Assembly: GCA_964035545.1 (NCBI GenBank) | Contig: OZ037766.1 | Location: 11,150,722-11,214,721, forward strand | Origin: Bugula neritina | Lineage: Eukaryota; Animalia; Bryozoa | Length of the DNA: 64,000 nt | Reading direction: 5' to 3' | Shown here: in pieces, positions 10,001 through 19,031 of the stretch | Layout of the letters: every line of letters starts with the position of its first letter | Position numbering within the stretch: position 1 is the stretch's first letter | Program-made: the position numbers and the translations under genes | Notes under the pieces: model-generated | Databases searched by the model: none | What the model saw: only the letters and a program-made list of their open reading frames with translations | Told to the model about the DNA's origin: nothing

Positions 10001-12944
10001 TCATCGTCAGGAGACCGTCTGAACGAATCTGGAGAGAATTCCAGCGGCGGCAGAAGAACTGAAACTCAGCGTCTCCCTGCCGTTGCTGTTCCTCCGAGGG
10101 TCGTCTGCCTTCTCTCTTGGCTCGGAAGATGTCAGCTACTGATCCAGGGAGTGTTTCTTGCAGTCGACACAGCTCCTTGACGTTCTGGTACAGTGTGGGG
10201 TTAGCACGGAGTGCCTGGACGTCGTCTGAGTGGGTTTCAGGCCGAAGATGGCCGTGCTCCCAACGATAGACGTTGCCGTCCCCCAACTGTGCCTCGACGT
10301 CAAGGCGGGCAGGTCCCCCATCACGTCTCTCGATGTGCAGGCATTGCTTGCAGTTCTCTACCGGTCGGCGACTCATGCCATCAGCGTTCCCGTGTTTCTT
10401 GCCGGCACGGTGCTCTATCCGGTAGGAAAACTCAGCAAGAATCTCTAGCCAACGGGCCACCTGACTCGAGGGCTCTGCACGTTTACTCAACCATATCAGT
10501 GATGCATGGTCTGTTCGCAACCGGAACGTTCTTCCATACAGATATGGCCGAAAGTGCTTGACCGCCTTGACTACTGCTAGGAGTTCCTTCCTAGTGGTGC
10601 AGTAGTTTTTCTCGGCGGCCGCGAGAGTCTTGCTGTAGTAAGCCACGACCACCTCACTTCCACCCTGGACTTGAGACAGAACAGCTCCCACACTGTGGTC
10701 GCTGGCGTCGGTGTCCAGGATGTATTCTTTGGCTGGATCAGGATACGCCAGAATCGGCGCCTCCATTAGCCGTTGTTTGAGGTGGTCGAATGCCTGCTGC
10801 TCCTCCTGTGTCCACTGCCACCGGACTCCCTTGGCGGTTAGCCGATTCAAAGGCTGAGCCACCCCTGCAAACCCGGGTACGTACTGCCTGTAGTACCCTA
10901 CCAGGCCCAGGAATGCCCGCAATTCAGAGAGGTCCCGGGGGACGGCCCACTCCTTCACAGCCTGTACCTTCTCCGGGTCGGTAGCGACCCCGTCACGGCC
11001 AACCACATGGCCCAGGTACGTGACTTCTTGCTGTAGGAGTGCACACTTGGAGGGCTTCAACTTCAGTCCAGCAGCCCGGAGTCGGTCAAAGACCTCCCGC
11101 AGACGACTGACATGAGTCGTAAAGTCTGGGGAGATGACAATGACGTCATCCAGATAGATTAGGAGGGTCTTCCAGTGTAACCCACTGAGGACCTGCTCCA
11201 TGAGTCTTTGGAAAGTTGCCGGGGCGGACGTAAGTCCAAACGGCAGTACTTTCCACTTCCAGAGCCCATCGCGAGTAATGAATGCTGCTTTGTCCTGAGC
11301 ATCAGGACTGAGGGGTACTTGCCAGTACCCGCTAAGCAGGTCCAGAGTACTGAAGTACTTGCTACCCGCGAGGGCATCCAGAGACTCATCTATCCGCGGG
11401 AGGGGGTAAGCGTCCTGGATGGTAACGCTGTTGAGTCTGCGGTAGTCCACACAGAACCTCCAGCTACCATCCTTCTTCTTGACCAGGACTACTGGAGAGC
11501 TCCACGCACCGTGGGCAGGCTCAATCAGATCCCGGTCGAGAAGATCTTGCACCTGCCGGCTCACCTCCTTCTCCTTCTCCGGGCCCAGACGTCGGGTTGG
11601 CTGCCTGATGGGAGTGGTGCCAGCTGCCAGGGGTATCTCGTGGGAGATAACCTTAGTCAGCCCCATATCTTCATCACCATGACTGAAGACATCACTGTAC
11701 TCCGCGAGTAGTTGAGCCAGTGTTTGGCGTTCAGTACTACTCGTACAGTTTCCACACGCTCCACTGTACAAGCCAGCCACATGCTCCGGGACTGCTTCTC
11801 GGTGGTTGTGAGGGGGGTTTCCCTGGGTGTCGGTCACTGTTTCCAGTGCCGGACCCACATCCGCCTCATGGATGGAGTGGTACTTCCCCACCAGTGCACC
11901 AGCCGATAATCGGACCGATTCCGCAAAGGGGTTGATGCATTGCACGAGGAGCTCTCTTCGACAGTCCAGCCGATTTAGGCTGTTTGCCAGTTGAATTGCT
12001 CCGTGCGTTCCCTCCACCACCCCCAGTGCGGCGATCTCCTTGCAGTTGACCCTGCATCGGAGAGTAGCCTGGGATCTCCCTGGAATCGTGCAGTCCTGCA
12101 CTACCTGGACTCCGCCCACCAAGGGCCTACCAAACTTGTCCACACAGGCAAGTTCCTTCCCAGCCATCACCACCGCCGACTTCTGGAAATCCATGTGACA
12201 CTGGTGTTTTTCCAGAAAGGGCATTCCCAGAATGGCGTCTTCCTTCAGGTGGCTGACAATGAACGTCTCGTGAATTACTTGATCACGGACTCGTCCAGGT
12301 AGTGTGATAATGCCGTAGAAGGGGATACACGATCCGTCCGCCAACGTACCGTGTGCCCCTTCGTACGGCTCGAGGCTCGCCCGCTCTCGGGCACCAAGGG
12401 TGCCGAAGAGACGCCGACTTAGCAGGTTTGTAGTGCACCCTGTGTCCAGCAGGAAGGTGGCAGCTTTACCCGAAATTTTTCCGGGCAGGAAGTAGCTGCT
12501 TCCATACGGCTGGGTGCTCCTGGGTCGGTCAGTCTCTGGGGGGGACACCTCTTGGGTCCTTACAGCGGGCCTCCTCTTCGTCTTACAGACAACGGGGGTT
12601 TTCTGAGGCTGGGAGGGTAGCTTGGGATACTCTTGCGAGTAAGCTGATTCTTCCTCCACAGCCTCTTCGGGCAACCCCGCGAACCGGTTTTGGAGTGGCC
12701 AGGCCGGAGGATCGGGTAAACCTTGCGGTCTCCGAGATCTCCGAGGTGCCTGCCATCCTGCATCTGGGAGTCCCATCCGGGTCGTAGGTGGCTGGGTTGG
12801 AGAGTCGGGCAGACCTTGGGGTCTCCGACGTCCCCACGCAGCCTCGGCTGGCCTGGAAGAGGCTCCCTGGGTCATTTCTTCCCGGATGGGGTTGGCTGGT
12901 GGCTCACGGTTGGCGGAGGTTACCGCGAGCCCCGGGTGTTTAAA
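7041..12944 (-). CDS. pol: Pol polyprotein (protease, RT, RNase H, integrase) with a long C-terminal extension; probably entered by -1 frameshift from gag
   Basis: Motifs: LLDTGCT (protease), LPFGL and YLDD (RT), DTDASD...KELLA...TDH (RNase H), H..H..CEVC, VDLVGP/TDQGAQF/NGVVER (DDE integrase), KFVGPY. There are no stops over 1985 codons. The ORF-track start at 12998 is GTG, not a credible initiator. Confidence 0.96.
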   Translation of the reverse strand, partial: FKHPGLAVTSANREPPANPIREEMTQGASSRPAEAAWGRRRPQGLPDSPTQPPTTRMGLPDAGWQAPRRSRRPQGLPDPPAWPLQNRFAGLPEEAVEEESAYSQEYPKLPSQPQKTPVVCKTKRRPAVRTQEVSPPETDRPRSTQPYGSSYFLPGKISGKAATFLLDTGCTTNLLSRRLFGTLGARERASLEPYEGAHGTLADGSCIPFYGIITLPGRVRDQVIHETFIVSHLKEDAILGMPFLEKHQCHMDFQKSAVVMAGKELACVDKFGRPLVGGVQVVQDCTIPGRSQATLRCRVNCKEIAALGVVEGTHGAIQLANSLNRLDCRRELLVQCINPFAESVRLSAGALVGKYHSIHEADVGPALETVTDTQGNPPHNHREAVPEHVAGLYSGACGNCTSSTERQTLAQLLAEYSDVFSHGDEDMGLTKVISHEIPLAAGTTPIRQPTRRLGPEKEKEVSRQVQDLLDRDLIEPAHGAWSSPVVLVKKKDGSWRFCVDYRRLNSVTIQDAYPLPRIDESLDALAGSKYFSTLDLLSGYWQVPLSPDAQDKAAFITRDGLWKWKVLPFGLTSAPATFQRLMEQVLSGLHWKTLLIYLDDVIVISPDFTTHVSRLREVFDRLRAAGLKLKPSKCALLQQEVTYLGHVVGRDGVATDPEKVQAVKEWAVPRDLSELRAFLGLVGYYRQYVPGFAGVAQPLNRLTAKGVRWQWTQEEQQAFDHLKQRLMEAPILAYPDPAKEYILDTDASDHSVGAVLSQVQGGSEVVVAYYSKTLAAAEKNYCTTRKELLAVVKAVKHFRPYLYGRTFRLRTDHASLIWLSKRAEPSSQVARWLEILAEFSYRIEHRAGKKHGNADGMSRRPVENCKQCLHIERRDGGPARLDVEAQLGDGNVYRWEHGHLRPETHSDDVQALRANPTLYQNVKELCRLQETLPGSVADIFRAKREGRRPSEEQQRQGDAEFQFFCRRWNSLQIRSDGLLTMTLAADNRQQERDRVICPRALRREIIWDTHKQAHAGASQVIRCLQMRWYWPGMTRDVRLRIRHCEVCQASKHGRPTETTGRRRLYAGRPWQVVAVDLVGPMPTTERGNSWILVLTDHFTRWADALAIPDASAPTIARVLDQHVFCYFGLPEQIHTDQGAQFQSQLLKDLCQVWGVNQSRTTPYHPQGNGVVERNNRMLGDALRSLLLGRSQEEWDVMLPQIMRAYRSTPHSSTQETPNLMMLGRETRVPEHLAYHIPNPEFPVHEYVGKLVETMKKAHDALREKQWLVRTEDSEEPPLYREGDWVWMVSYRRRRGQSAKLQPKFVGPYCVVEVLPNHTYRVERSGQISVQNEQRLKPYHGSPEAAGQAPPLLEPARQPISCGRRNQPREWEIIVRDPREVQDTSDAPPRSLPPALHTHDLPSQTNQPETPTSLTPAPEDLPLPPTPVPDDIPPPPDTPHQPSNPTNLTLGRGKRDKKPPGYLADYHVGCMTELHPSNHYPQLDSNSDCHLRSTINTLTTQENRDRNSEAARHPELSNLIDHLTSHVIGDRTSFKIKNQNSAICTSTLNDTARYFKLNLKNLTDMEPVTVKQTQLATISGISSLLKPPFTECSSSLDSFSPDYQWENELFFDHKGQDDLEESPVHDYLLDQEVGRVSLRLSPDLPMCQRVPYKEMPKFGTPTARSPSSLFSIAEAMECEEVGSSRIDSPATTVPDPAVTSPLEVPAPEPTLTTQPEAGTPPPTDGSPSGEGPQLKDEPPYQQLALPHILTERLHWTTAETRARIEQDCGEAGNRKCRQCSKRFTTTRRLRVHVPQHYANVFCPCGEFSFQRDYVLRHQRIARYHTGQVFVVDEATFPEFRDLILPHIGDPHKRATLAQGFPACRPTQDATDDEAPPAAQPAVTRPLRVVLARVDGNGERAQQVAGHKRRRRQDPRIPGSTPTPAVPARCPHETEVLRLRRQVRRLEDDLHAVRRRLDRLEGRRGDRRN
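12901..12944 (-). promoter_or_regulatory. Programmed -1 ribosomal frameshift signal (U UUA AAC + 6-nt spacer + 10-bp hairpin)
   Basis: The gag frame reads CCT TTA AAC ACC CGG GGC TCG CGG TAA and the -1 frame is pol (..FKHPGLAV..). Stem GGCUCGCGGU/ACCGUGAGCC lies at 12931-12901. Confidence 0.85.
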
Positions 12945-13843
12945 GGCATCCTTCTTTCGTGAGGGCATTGCCTTCGTACATGTCCCCTGGCACCACACCC
13001 CCAGCAGGTGAGGTGGGTAGTACCGGCTGGTTCACCCCGGGGTCGGGGGTTTCGTTTATCAGCCTGTTCTCTCTGCATCTGTTTCATCTCTGCCTGCAAT
13101 CCCTTTACCATGTCCATCAGCATGGTCATCTGGTCAGGTGACGAAGTAGTAGCAGCCGCCACGGCCTGTGGGTTTGGCTGATCCGGCTTAGCGACTTCGG
13201 GTCGTTCCTCAATCTGACAAGCGGTGAAATCCGCACATTGAGGTCCCTCCACTTGGTAGGAAGCCTTGCCCAGGGCTAAGGCTTCCTCTATAGTGGTGAC
13301 CTTGGCTGCCAAGTAATAACGCTGTAGTCCAGGGTTATTGATTGTGTGGAAGAAGGCTTCATACACAGCACCTCTTTGTGCTGCCGGTGTGTCGTCGCTA
13401 TGGGCTACTGGTACTAGTGCCTCAATAGCGTTCGCATGGTCTTGGAGTGAGGTCTTCCGGTCTCGGCGTATGGTGCGCAATCTGTCCCTGGCGGCGCGGG
13501 CGGTTAGCCCGAAACGCGACCTGAGGGCCTGAAAGATGTGCGCTGTATTGGGTCCCAGAGCATAACTCTTTGCCTGACCTGTCAGACAGGTACGGAGGTG
13601 AAGAAGGCGCACCGGTGCCGGCCATTCGGCGAGGGTGGCTACCTCTTCAAACTCCCTGATGAATTGCTCTATGTCCCCATCGCCTCCGAAAATCGGGGGC
13701 CTCAGGCGATACCTGTCTCCAGGTGCTGCCTGCCCGGCCTTGCTGACCTCCCGGAGGGCTGCGATGAGAGTCTCCATGGTGAGACGGTCCCCTTCTCCTT
13801 CTTCTTCTCCTTCTACCATGACTTCTTCTTCTTCGTCCCCCAT
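12920..13843 (-). CDS. gag: Gag (307 aa) with CCHC zinc knuckle
   Basis: ATG lies about 50 nt after the PBS. Capsid-like segment PPIFGGDGDIEQFIREFE...LRTCLTGQA and nucleocapsid knuckle CWGCGARGHVRRQC. Confidence 0.95.
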   Translation of the reverse strand: MGDEEEEVMVEGEEEGEGDRLTMETLIAALREVSKAGQAAPGDRYRLRPPIFGGDGDIEQFIREFEEVATLAEWPAPVRLLHLRTCLTGQAKSYALGPNTAHIFQALRSRFGLTARAARDRLRTIRRDRKTSLQDHANAIEALVPVAHSDDTPAAQRGAVYEAFFHTINNPGLQRYYLAAKVTTIEEALALGKASYQVEGPQCADFTACQIEERPEVAKPDQPNPQAVAAATTSSPDQMTMLMDMVKGLQAEMKQMQREQADKRNPRPRGEPAGTTHLTCWGCGARGHVRRQCPHERRMPLNTRGSR

Positions 13844-13895
13844 TGTGCTGTTCTTTCTTTCTCTCTAATGGCTGCTTGTCGTACTAGTCTATTCT

Positions 13896-13914
13896 AATCC
13901 CACCGCTGCCACCA
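13896..13914 (-). other. Primer binding site complementary to tRNA-Leu
   Basis: The - strand reads TGGTGGCAGCGGTGGGATT 1 nt inside the 5' LTR, complementary to the ...AAUCCCACCGCUGCCACCA 3' end of metazoan tRNA-Leu(AAG/TAG type), recalled from memory. Confidence 0.9.
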
Positions 13915-13915
13915 A

Positions 13916-14325
13916 TGTTGTGATTTTGTGGATTATAAGAATAGACTAGTAGTCTGCATGCCAGTTATTGTGATAGAAATAAAGAGTCTTGATTAAAATG
14001 AATCTATGAGTATTTATTACTTCTGACTGCTTCGAGCTCCAGTACAAGAATGAATTGCTTTGGAAAAACTTCGCACTTATATAGGGGGAAATTCCCGCCA
14101 CTTAATGAGGGACCGAAACTCGTGCGAACGTCGGAGTTCCGCCGACCGACATCGGAGGAAGACCTGCCCGATCTCGGGCAGGCCCCTCCGATATCGTGTC
14201 TTCGGCCTCCGACTTCGCACGAGTCTCGGTTTACATATAATAATAATAAAAAAAAAGAAACGAGTGCGAGAGAATATAACTCTAAATAAAACAAGGACAT
14301 GGTATATTTGCGCGAATCTACAACA
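13916..14325 (-). repeat. 5' LTR (410 bp)
   Basis: Direct repeat of 6463-6872 with one mismatch. Confidence 0.97.
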
Positions 14326-15107
14326 ATATTTTCAGACAACAAATAATGATACTATTACTAATAGTAATATTTCCGAAAGACTGTCACATCTTATACTTAT
14401 ACAGTTTTAGTTATTTGATATCTCTACTTTAACTCTGTGACACTCATTGATATTCATAGTTTAAGTTATACCTAAAGTAATTGATATATGTATTAAATGA
14501 ATATATTTACTTATAGTTATAGTGAGTACTTATACTTATATAATTAGAGTTAGACTATTGTTAATTTGTTATACAGTTGAACTTTCTCATTATGTTATAC
14601 TGAATCTAATACTGATACTGTCAGTGTCTTACTCCTAGTGATAGTCAAGGAATCATAGTGACTGTGATGGTGATAATCATTATAGCTATTACCTACACTA
14701 CTATTAGTGTTAATTTTAAACATTAAACTTGCTAATTGCTAATGCTAATTGAAAGCCACTACACTTCATGGGGGGAGGGGGGGACTTTGAACCTGAAAGC
14801 TTGGCAGTTGATTTTAGTCAGCTGCAGTTTTATTTGCTGCTTGGTTACTTTTACTTGATGTATGTGCATTAAAATTAGCCTAATATACAATTAATATAAT
14901 TATAATTAATTAATTATAATCTATTAAGATAAGTAATAATATAATGAATTAATATAATTCTTTTAATATCTAAAACAGTTTTATACTGCTCTGCATTTAG
15001 CGCTCTATAAAGTTTGTTGTTGCTAAGCCGGCTGATTCTAAGCATGCAGTTGACTTAGATTTTAATGCAAATTGTCACACCCACAATTTGATTGTTTAGG
15101 TAACTTG

Positions 15108-17615
15108 ATGAGCATGGCTACCCGACAAGGTTTAAGAGCTTGTATGTTTATTGGAAGTGCACGTGAAAAACGACTTGGAGACAGAGTTTCAAAATTTATG
15201 ATCTCTCAAATGAAGAAAACTGGATGGACTGTAGATGTTGTTGGTATGCTCTCTTATGCAAAATATTGTCCTGTGCCTTTTGTTAGAAACAATATTTTTT
15301 TATTATTCTCTTAATTAAGTATAACAGTCGTATTATTATCTGTTTTTTATTTTTTTCAATTTAAATACTTTGTGTCAGTGGAATTTTGTTATAAATTTGA
15401 GCGAAGTTTTAAACTATGATGCAGAGCCTTGCCGAATTCATGGCAGTTTGCTCAGTGGTTTCTATTACATGGTTTTTTAAAACTCAAATTCCCCATGCTT
15501 TTTCTAGTATTATCCCCAGTTGCCATTGCTTAGCTACATTATAGATTTAAAATAAATTGTTAATTAAGAAAAGAACTGTTAACTGCAGTTGTTTTAATTT
15601 GTATTACATTTTTATTTCTTTGTAACTAGTGAATTATAATGCAATAATTGTTAGAGTGAATTGTACTGTCACTAAGAATAGTCGTTACATATTTTTGATA
15701 ACGCTAAAATTTGTCAACTTTATTTTGATTGAAAGACTATTAAACCGCACAAGAAAATATGGAACCATGTTATATATTTCAAAAAAAACATTTTAAGGAA
15801 AACAGGTGTTAGGAAGGATTTCTGTGACTGACCGAACAGCAACAAAAACAAAGCTATAAATACTGGAAACATGTTCTAGCCGACTATATTGGCTAAACAT
15901 CTTATTTGCAATAGTTTTCCCCTATTTTCCCTCTCTGCAATATCACAATCAGATTTGCACAAGCTTGAATTAATTGAAGACACATGTGCCCAAAATTATC
16001 ACAACACTAGTTTGGTTTGGTTTACAACTCTGAAGTTGTGGCCTAGTTGTGGCCAAGATATTTTTTGCAGGTTTTCATAGCACATTAATTTAATTAGGTG
16101 CCCTTAGCCCCTTACTACATGTTTCAAATTCACTTGCAAAAATTAAAGTTGTTATTTACAATACTGTAAAATTAAATTAATAATGTTTGAAAGATGGTGG
16201 TTTAGTATAAACAATAAAAATGTGTCCCTTCAAACGATAAGTTAAATTATATCATTATATTCAGTGTGATTTTGCCAAGAGTTCTTGCACCTATAAATTG
16301 TTGAATAAAATAAAACTTGCTGCTCATCTATTATGTTGTTCAATAGATGCAGCTGAAGCTGATTTACCTGTACTCAAAAAGCCAATTTTCTTTTATGATA
16401 AATCTGAAGACGTACCAGAAGTGCTGGGCTCAATCTTAGGTAAGTAATTGTAAACACAAGCTATTACTTTTTTGTCTGTAATAAATGGTCCTATGTTGTA
16501 TCAAAGATTGTTAGTGTTCAATAAAAATGTAATTTAATATCTATTAATTTATTCATATTTTACCACTGAAAAATAGGACATTTAATTGCTCATTAACTTC
16601 TTTGCAAACATGCAGTTTTTTGGGTTTTAAACTGTTTTGCTTAGTCTTTTTTAGATATAATTAAATTTGAATAATAGTTTTTTGCTCTCACTAAGCATCT
16701 GTTTAACATTCTCTGTAAAAATCAGATTTATTCATCTAAAAACTTCTGCTAGTTAACATGATTTCTATTTGAATATGTGTTTGTTCATTGAACATTTTTT
16801 CATAGAACTCTGGTTTAGGTGTCAGAAATTATTTATGAAACTTAAAATGTGTAGCAAATATCTTGTATTGTAGACAAAATAAAGATAGCTGATGCATTTG
16901 TTATTGTGACTTGTGAGTATAACCATTGTCTACCACCAGGGCTATTAAACCTTATTGATCATTTTGCACCTTCTGCTTACAGCAAGCGACCAAGTGGAAT
17001 AGTTTGCTACTCACCAGGTACTGCTTATGTAATATTTAGAGTTTAGACAATTTTGACTTCAAATAGAAAGATTTCCGCCTTGTATTGCTCTTGTGGTATT
17101 GATTATTGCTACTTTCTACAATATGGCAATGAACACTTTTATTTAAATATCGCAATAATATTGTTTTCTAACATTAACTTTGATTTATAAATTTCCCACA
17201 AAACAAGTTGCATTTAGAGGAAAATTTCACTTCTACATATTCTGTTAGCACTTGCTACTAAAAACACAAGAATGTCTTTGATTAATGAGTGGGACTGGAG
17301 AAAAAGTGCATTTGTTAAAAGAGTAACGTCTCTTTTGGACCTATTGCTTTTCTACTAAAATTTAAGTTGTTAATCTGTTTTTTAGGAATGTTTGGTGGTA
17401 TCCGTGCTGCAATGCAAGCACGATGTCTTCTTTCAGAGATTAATACTGTCAGTATTCCCAACATATTTGCTATACCAAAAGTAAATAACTGTTTGGACAG
17501 TGACGGAAACCCAACTGATGATCACATGATTTCAGGGGCCCAAAAGCATCTGGTTGAGCTGGAATGGTATGCACGAGCATTGAAAGTTGCACGTGATGCT
17601 GACAATGATAAATAA
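15108..17615 (+). CDS. NAD(P)H-dependent FMN reductase / quinone reductase (flavodoxin-like, ChrR/Lot6/SsuE family), 4 coding exons (15108-15243, 16347-16439, 16874-17017, 17386-17615), 200 aa
   Basis: In-frame GT-AG splicing. Motifs FIGSAREKRLG, ADAFVIVTCEYNHCLPPGLLNLIDHF, KRPSGIVCYSPGMFGGIRAAMQAR, ELEWYARALK. Confidence 0.9.
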
Positions 17616-19031
17616 TATATCCATAGTATTTCTTTAGAATATCTCTTTGATTGCACAAACCCTCATATGGATTGCACTCTATTAATTTGTTATCGCATGT
17701 GATATAATTTATTTTTATGAGCTTTTAAATCATTGTGTAGTTTTGCCAGCACAATTGTGTTTTATTGTTATTAATCACTTTTTCTTATACATTTTTACAA
17801 TTATTATCTGTGATGGAGCTATAGTTTTTTCATTAGTAGCTAGTTATTTTTTCAAGAATAAATACTGAAAAATGTCAAAATAATTAAGGAGTCTTTTTCT
17901 TAGATCATTACATATGAAAGAAATTATTGGGTTTCAAGTCTATGTAAATTGAACAAACCAGACCATAGAAACTGCAGTGTCTACACTTTATACATTGCAA
18001 GTAAAATGCCGCAGTACTAAATGTGTATCACATATGCATATATTTAAAAATAAGATATTTAAAATAAAGCTCATTATTTGCTCCTTGCTAAATACAATAG
18101 AACATTATTTGGTAAAAAACATAAGTTGTGGTGGGCTATTAAAGGTGTGGACTGTGGAGGCATAATGTTATTGCAATTGTATCAAGACCAGCTAGTTATG
18201 TTCACTGATAGCCTGATTTTAATTTTTAAAAGGTCAATTAAAATATAATTCTGCTTCCTGGACAAATTTTGCGGGTTTTCTTCTTTTTAATTTTCTTGGA
18301 ACATAAACGGCTGGGTGAGTGAGAGATAAGTTCTAGGTGGTTGTCTTAAAATTTGTGTAACTAAATTTCTAATTTGACTGCTCAGTACAGGCTAATGGCT
18401 ATAAGCTATTACCTTCTACAACACTAAAGTATGAGAATTATGTGACCAGGACATGCTTTGCTAAGAAATGAAGATCAGCAGACCATAAGCAGCATCATAA
18501 ACTGGTGGTATATAGAAAAAGAAGCAAAAAAGCACCTACTGCTTACTACAACCTACTACAACTTCAACTGCAAAATGCACCTTGGGAAATTAACAGCATT
18601 AATTCATTTTGTCATTTTTCAACTATATTAGCAATCTTCCTAAACTGATCCAGGTACAATATATACAAAACAAGACTGAATCATGAAATAACATTAATAT
18701 TGCAAGTACTTCTAGATTGCATTTTCCAAGAGTAGACAACAAACACAAATGTTAAAATGGCCTTCATTTAAGAGGTTAAAATTGTTGCCATACAATTTTT
18801 TATAAAAAAAAGTACATTCACTGCCATAGATTACAGAAACTTAATATAACTATTTTGAAATATGCTATGCACATTATATAGCAATGAGCCCAAATGAAAC
18901 AAATTCAACTAAAATTTCGCATTGTGATGTTCACACTATATACACACATAAGGCATTATTGTTTACATTTTTGTTACATCTTTTACTTTAGTATTACAAT
19001 ATAATGTACGTTCCATATGACGCAGTTAACT

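Larger units (their letters stand above)
6463..14325 (-). mobile_element. Full-length Ty3/Gypsy LTR retrotransposon (7863 bp), recent insertion
   Basis: Two 410-bp direct LTRs (TGTTG...CAACA), ATAT TSD at 6459-6462 and 14326-14329, PBS, PPT, and intact gag and pol in PR-RT-RH-IN order. Confidence 0.98.

Noticed and set aside
7000-13897. Many + strand ORFs antisense to gag/pol, including a 207-aa one at 7098-7721
   Set aside because: Expected shadow ORFs in GC-rich coding DNA; many use non-ATG starts and none shows a motif.
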